From Octopus sinensis (Eukaryota), in assembly GCF_006345805.1 (NCBI RefSeq), contig NC_043005.1:372001-436000 (forward strand): 64,000 nucleotides of DNA, in the 5' to 3' direction. A program made the position numbers and the translations under genes. Below the pieces are notes generated by a model that ran no database searches, had not been told where the DNA came from, and worked only from the letters and a program-made list of their open reading frames with translations. Shown here piece by piece: positions 14,861 to 64,000 of the stretch. Numbering within the stretch: position 1 is the first letter of the stretch; each line of letters starts with the position of its first letter.

Positions 14861-16674
14861 CAATTTAGCAATGTATGGTAAACTTTACTATGAAATTTTG
14901 GTGGAAGCAGTGGTAACGATAATAATTTGTGGTTATAATTGTTTACTGTAGGATGTGAAATATGCACAATGTATAAAGTTTTAAGAAGGTATTTATTTAC
15001 CGTTACGTTACAAATACCTTGCCTCAACGGACAGGTTGTGATACATCCAAAAGCATGCGAAGTAAAGTTTGTGTTTGTGTCCTCATCATTGTTTAGTAGT
15101 AATTGCTGAGACAGAATGATATTGTAAGAGAACAGAATTAGAGCTAGAGAGAAGTGTTGGTTGTTGTCTGACAGTAAACTTCCTCTCTCCCTCTGATCAA
15201 GGTTGGTCAGCCAGACCCCCCCCCCGTTGAGTCGTCACCGACTGTGACTGACTGATTTTTGCTTGGGATGTGCTTACTTATATAAAGATCCAGAAGGATT
15301 GAGAACAATAGATTTAGTTGGTGGTCTTGTTATCTCTATTCTAGCTTTTTGTGAAGCAGAGGAGGCCAGAAAGGGTCAAGTGGTGAAAACATTATTTCGG
15401 CCTAGGTAAAGGCATTTGGAAAATGTAAAACTGCTGTCAGAGAAAAACCATTGTTCCACCATGGGAAAAGTTCTGTAGTAGTGTTATTTTAAATTTGGCT
15501 ATGGTGGATCGAATCCACTTCATGCATGCAGGATTCACTACATATATATATAGTTTATATTTAGCTTTAATAACTACTGCTCAAATATGAGATTTAGTTT
15601 TAGGCAATCACCAATATAGTTGATTATTTTAAAATTCTCCTACAAAAATAAAATCCAGTCCCATAAGACGCCCTTCCTGCGATAAACGGTATTTCTCCTT
15701 TATTCCTAACATGGTCAATTTCCGAAAAAGAAAAAAAAAGGGGAGGGGGAAACTATCGTCACAACGTCGTAAAAAAAAAATCAGTTCATATTTTCAAGGG
15801 AATGAATTGCGAAGGTAATGATTTCAAGGGGAGTAACTACGTAATATAGAATTGGAAGGGAGTTAACTCTAGCATGAGTTGTTCATAGCACTTTGTAGAA
15901 TTTTGTCGGGGGAAATGCAAGATGCCTCTCTTCGAAAATCTGGATGCAAATTTCATATCTGGTTTCAGAATTTGCAATATACGTATTTCCAAATTATATT
16001 TAATATGACATGTAGGTATTAAAAGTTGCAAATATATGATAAAAGCTACAACAGTCATTTCCCCTGTTTTAGAGAAAGCTCTAGACTTTTTTTTCCACCT
16101 ACATTTCGATAGCAATGAAATCTAATGCAAAAAGATACGTGTAGCTGGATACATTCTCCTCCTGGGGGCACGAAAATACTGCCCGACAATAAAATAACTG
16201 ATGTCGCTTTGGTAGGACAACCACTTGACAATGGACGCTTGAATACAATCCATTTAGAAGGAATTTTAAATTTCTCTCTACTTCTTCAGGAATATCTTTG
16301 ATTTATCAAATGGATTCCAAAGTGACATTTACAAAATCCTATTTAATCAACCGCAAATATATCATTTCAACTAAAATGTATCGCATTAATTGATGTGTTT
16401 TCTGTTTCGAATAGGAAAAAGATACAAACATGAAGAAATGAATGTAAATTCTTCCTATCCCCAAAAGACGCAAACTAAAATTTTCTTGTGAAGAGAATTT
16501 ATTGTAGAAAATTTGCAACCACATTCGAAGCTGAAGAAATCGATCTGTAAACAAGTGTCCCAGACACTAGACAAATAATCAACATTATAACGAGCTGTTT
16601 CAGGTAGAGTTTTGATAAATAGAACACAAAACGTATTGTAAGGCAAAATTAATGTTTTATTACTGATTCATCAT

Positions 16675-16786
16675 ATAAGGCAAATAGATATGTGTAAGGC
16701 AAATAGATATGTGTAAGGCAAATAGATATGTGTAAGGCAATAGACATGTGTAAGGCAAATAGATATGTGTAAGGCAAATAGACATG
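16675..16786. repeat. 19-bp minisatellite (gtaaggcaaatagatatgt), about 6 copies
   Basis: Visible tandem units. Confidence 0.9.
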
Positions 16787-16828
16787 GAGTATAGCCCAGA
16801 TACTTAACTGCTGAAAATATATTTATTT

Positions 16829-17026
16829 TGGCACAAGGTCAGTAATTTCGGGGAATGGTGGTAATTCGATTACATCGACCCCAGTGATCAACTGATATTT
16901 ATTTCATCGACCCCGAAAGGATTACAAGGTAAAGTCAACCTCAGCAGAATTTAAACTCAGAATGTGCAATCGGAAGAAATGCCTCTAAGCATTTTCTCCG
17001 GTGTGCTAACGATTCTGCCAGCTCGT
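16829..17026 (-). mobile_element. tRNA-derived SINE family 1 (diverged)
   Basis: tcgattacatcgacccc...accccgaaagg...ctgccagctcg, shared with other copies. Confidence 0.8.
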
Positions 17027-17244
17027 AATTAAGATATAATGATTTCAAACTTTGACACAAGGTGAGGAGTTTTGAGTGAGGCGGGCGAGTCGATTACATC
17101 GACCCCCACAGTTCAAATGCGACTTATTTAGTCGACCTTGATTACTATTGAAAATATAGCGAAATTTCATAAACACCTACAAAACAAATTCGTTTAATTG
17201 CATACCCAGTTAATTGCACAGAAATTTAAAGTGGAAATAACTAT

Positions 17245-17400
17245 GTCATAAGATACGTTAGTTTATAATGATCCTAAAAGATACGTTGGTAGATATAAGA
17301 TACGTTAGTTTATAATGATATCATAAGATACGTTAGTATATATTAGTCTTAAAAGATACGCTGGTATATAATGGTGTTGAAAGATATGTTAGTAGATAGT
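17245..17400. repeat. Degenerate minisatellite (aagatacgttag core)
   Basis: About 5 imperfect repeats. Confidence 0.7.
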
Positions 17401-18399
17401 GGTCTACATTTTTTGATATCTTAAGCAGATTTTTATATTTAATTAAAAACAACAGTCTTTTATTTTATACACCCAAACACACAATGGGTTCAGTTAGGAC
17501 AAAGACTTTGCTAAATATTGAATTTATTCAAATGTTCTTTAATGGGTTTCAATCATTGGATTACGGTTACATTTTGGTTACGTCCGTGGATTACAGTCGA
17601 TTAGGATGATCTCGACCTTTCCTGTATTTATTATAGTATCGACTTTGGAGCACAACAAAAGTTGAAGTCAGCTTGGTGTAAACTAAAGCAGCAAATATGG
17701 ATAGAAAACAAGAATGTAACTGAAGAATTTCGCTATGCCCTGGGAGAGAAGGAAAGTGACATTTCATACAACAAAGAGTGTCGGCTTCATTGGAGTAGGG
17801 TTGTCGTCATGGAAATATATTTCGAATCGAATGCAAATTGCTAATTAAAATATACCCGGTACACAGTCTGTCTTTATGGCTAGAATCCCTCTTCCCCTTC
17901 AGTTTTTAAATCTCAAATTAATTCAGATGAAACCAATCTGGTTAATTCAAACAGAATTGGAAAATCGAACTTCAACTGGAGAAAAGCACAAAACCACAAC
18001 ATTAACTGAAGATTGCCGAAGATTATAAAAGAGAGAAAACAGGAAAATATCTGTGGATTAAGTAGAGTTTGAAAGCATCTCCTAATTATCAAATACAATA
18101 AATTTGCTGATTATTTAACTGCTAAATCAGAGATATTCAATAAATGTTGTGCATCAATAAATATCTGCTGAAAATGCAGCAAGTTATACACTAACAAAAT
18201 GACTGTATCAACATAATGCTATTTGCCAAGGACACGCCCATGCACACCTTCTTTTCTATCAGCAACGGAACTCTTCTTTCTTGAGCTCTACTTTCTCTTT
18301 TTATGTCACCTAAAGGAAATGTCTGTCATGTCATTATATTTTTAAATAATTACGTATATAGGCAGTTAAGGTAAATACCAATTATACACACACACACGA

Positions 18400-19370
18400 A
18401 TGTATGTATGTATGTATGTATGTATGTATGTATGTATGTATGTATGTATGTATGTATGTATGTATGTATGTATGTATGTATGTATGTATGTATGTTTTTA
18501 TGTATGTATGTTTGCATGTATGTATGTATGTATGTATGTATGTATGTATGTATGTATGTATGTATGTATGTATGTATGTATGTATGTATGTATGTATGTA
18601 TGTATGTTTTTATGTATGTATGTATGTATGTTTGTATGTATGTATGTATGTATGTATGTATGTATGTATGTTTGTATCCATGTATGTATGTTTGTATGTA
18701 TGTACGTATGTATGTTTTTTATGTATGTACGTATGTATGTTTGTATGTATGTATGTATGTATGTTTTTATGTATGTATGTATGTATGTATGTTTGTATGT
18801 ATGTGTGTATGTATGTATGTATGTTTGTATGTATGTGTGTATGTATGTATGTATGTTTTTATGTATGTATGTATGTATGTTTTTATGTATGTATGTATGT
18901 ATGTTTGTATGTATGTGTGTATGTATGTGTGTATGTATGTATGTTTGTATGTATGTATGTATGTATGTTTTTATGTATGTATGTATGTATGTATGTTTGT
19001 ATGTATGTGTGTATGTATGTATGTATGTATGTATGTTTGTATGTATGTATGTATGTATGTTTTTATGTATGTATGTGTGTATGTTTGTATGTATGTATGT
19101 ATGTATGTTTGTATGTATGTGTGTATGTATGTATGTATGTATGTATGTATGTTTGTATGTATGTATGTATGTATGTATGTTTGTATGTATGCATGTATGT
19201 GTGTATGTATGTATGTATGTGTGTGTGTATGTATGTATGTATGTATGTATGTGTGTATGCATGTATGTATGTATGTATGTATGTATGTATGTTTGTATGT
19301 ATGTATGTATGTATGTATGTATGTGTATGTATGTATGTATGTATGTATGTATGTATGTATGTATGTATAC
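18400..19370. repeat. About 1-kb (TATG)n microsatellite
   Basis: Direct; source of the spurious long MYVC/HTYI ORFs. Confidence 0.97.
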
Positions 19371-19418
19371 ATGCATACGTACATGCAACAATGCACACAC
19401 ACACATATACGTATATAA

Positions 19419-19456
<38 letters not shown>

Positions 19457-19776
19457 ATGTGACTATAATTTTTGTTCCTGACTTTGATGTTGCAGTGGAG
19501 TTAGGAATCCGTTTGTCGCATCGCCTACAAAGACCAATTAAATGCCAGACTGACAATAAAATACTCAAAGTGATGTGATTCACTAAACTCCGAACGTTGT
19601 GCTCCATCACGTCCACGACCAAACTCCGAAATCTGCGAGAGAAGTAAGAGAACTTATTATTGTTATTATTATTATTGCTGTTGTTGTTGTTATTATTATT
19701 ATTTGTTATTATTATTATTATTATTATTTGTTATTATTATTATCGTTATATATTTGCAATATATATATAGATATGA

Positions 19777-19807
<31 letters not shown>

Positions 19808-19837
19808 TGTACACAACCACACACACACACACACACA

Positions 19838-19868
<31 letters not shown>

Positions 19869-19883
19869 CAGAGGCACATACAT

Positions 19884-63137
<43,254 letters not shown>

Positions 63138-63716
63138 CTACGAGAAAAAGTTTAAAAGCACTCAAAAAATTCAGTGGTAATCAATGGTCGTCTACATTAG
63201 AAAAAAACTATTGAGTTGGGTTGATAGATTTTAGATAAATTCATTTGTTTTAGAGAGAAGGAATATGACTTAGATATTAAGGGAACAAATTATTTTATTC
63301 ATTTAGAAGTAGAAAGAAAACTTAATTAGATCAGCATTCATTCACATTCACTGACCACTAATGATCAGATGAATATCATACCATATAAAGTAAATGGACA
63401 TATTTAAAAGAAATCTAAAGAAAGGAGAAATATCGTTTCAATTTGAGTAATGAGACCAGCCCATAGCAATACAGTTTTATAATGTTTTTGAACATTACAA
63501 GTTTGTATTAACTGAGACGAGTAAATTGAAATTCTAATGATTTTGTCCCAATTCACAAGAAAAGAAAAGGAAAAGAAAAAATCTAAAACTTTGAGGTTTT
63601 GGGCAAATTTGTCAAAATCTAACTAATGTAAAATGTAACTAAAATTAACTTTACTGCACTTTTAACTCTGTGATTTCTAATTAAAACCTTTATTTGGAAA
63701 ATACTTGAATACTTTT

Positions 63717-64000
63717 CTAAACGACTGTTAATTTGCTTCCGCGATTCAATAACCTGCAATTAGAGGTAAGAATATGGAATATTTCTTCCAAGCAGAGATC
63801 ACATTTCGAATTCCCAACATTAAACGGCGGAGTGCTATTAATATTTGTCCACTTAATATCATATATATCACCCCTATTCTTTAAAATCCAGATGAATCCA
63901 CTCAAACTTAAAATTCATTTTCCCCCCATTTTTGAACGAAGAAAGGTGGTTGCGTAAACTTTGTTTAAAATAAGCAGAACAAGAACATATGTAATAATCA
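63717..64000 (-). mobile_element. Penelope-like GIY-YIG C-terminal relic
   Basis: LSGFIW.LK...Y.IKW...F..G.SKCDLCLEE...I...LLNR.S. Confidence 0.7.

Noticed and set aside
16675-17400. Tandem repeats as a possible CRISPR array
   Set aside because: Head-to-tail units without unique spacers, eukaryotic context, no cas genes.
18400-19622. Long ORFs of 330-390 aa (MYVC/HTYI repeats) and similar ORFs at about 3100-3520, 6400-7430, 13400-13850 and 43290-43960
   Set aside because: Translations of (TATG)n, (TA)n and (TG)n microsatellites, which lack stops in several frames.

Overview
Repeat-dense animal genomic DNA. The SINE families and microsatellite load resemble Octopus; this is an inference and was not verified by search. 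The only host gene is the 3' part of a lipoxygenase on the minus strand. I assembled 11 exons by hand (63137 to 19884), all with GT-AG boundaries and matching phases, and with the His/His/His/Asn/C-terminal iron-ligand set intact. One exon carries an in-frame TAG (43844-43846), the only lesion across about 415 codons. It is either a null allele or assembly error, or a candidate for A-to-I 'restorative' editing (UAG to UIG, read as Trp). The rest is mostly transposons: Penelope-like elements carrying minimal hammerhead-ribozyme folds (G3:C8 and U3:A8 core variants) in nested inverted repeats, a cluster of R4/Dong-like LINEs in (AAT)n tracts including a near-intact full-length copy, CR1-like and RTE-like LINEs, Ty3/Gypsy remnants, DNA-transposon relics and tRNA-derived SINEs. 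There are no CRISPR, rRNA or bona fide tRNA genes. LOX exon and ribozyme coordinates were counted base by base; TE boundaries are approximate.
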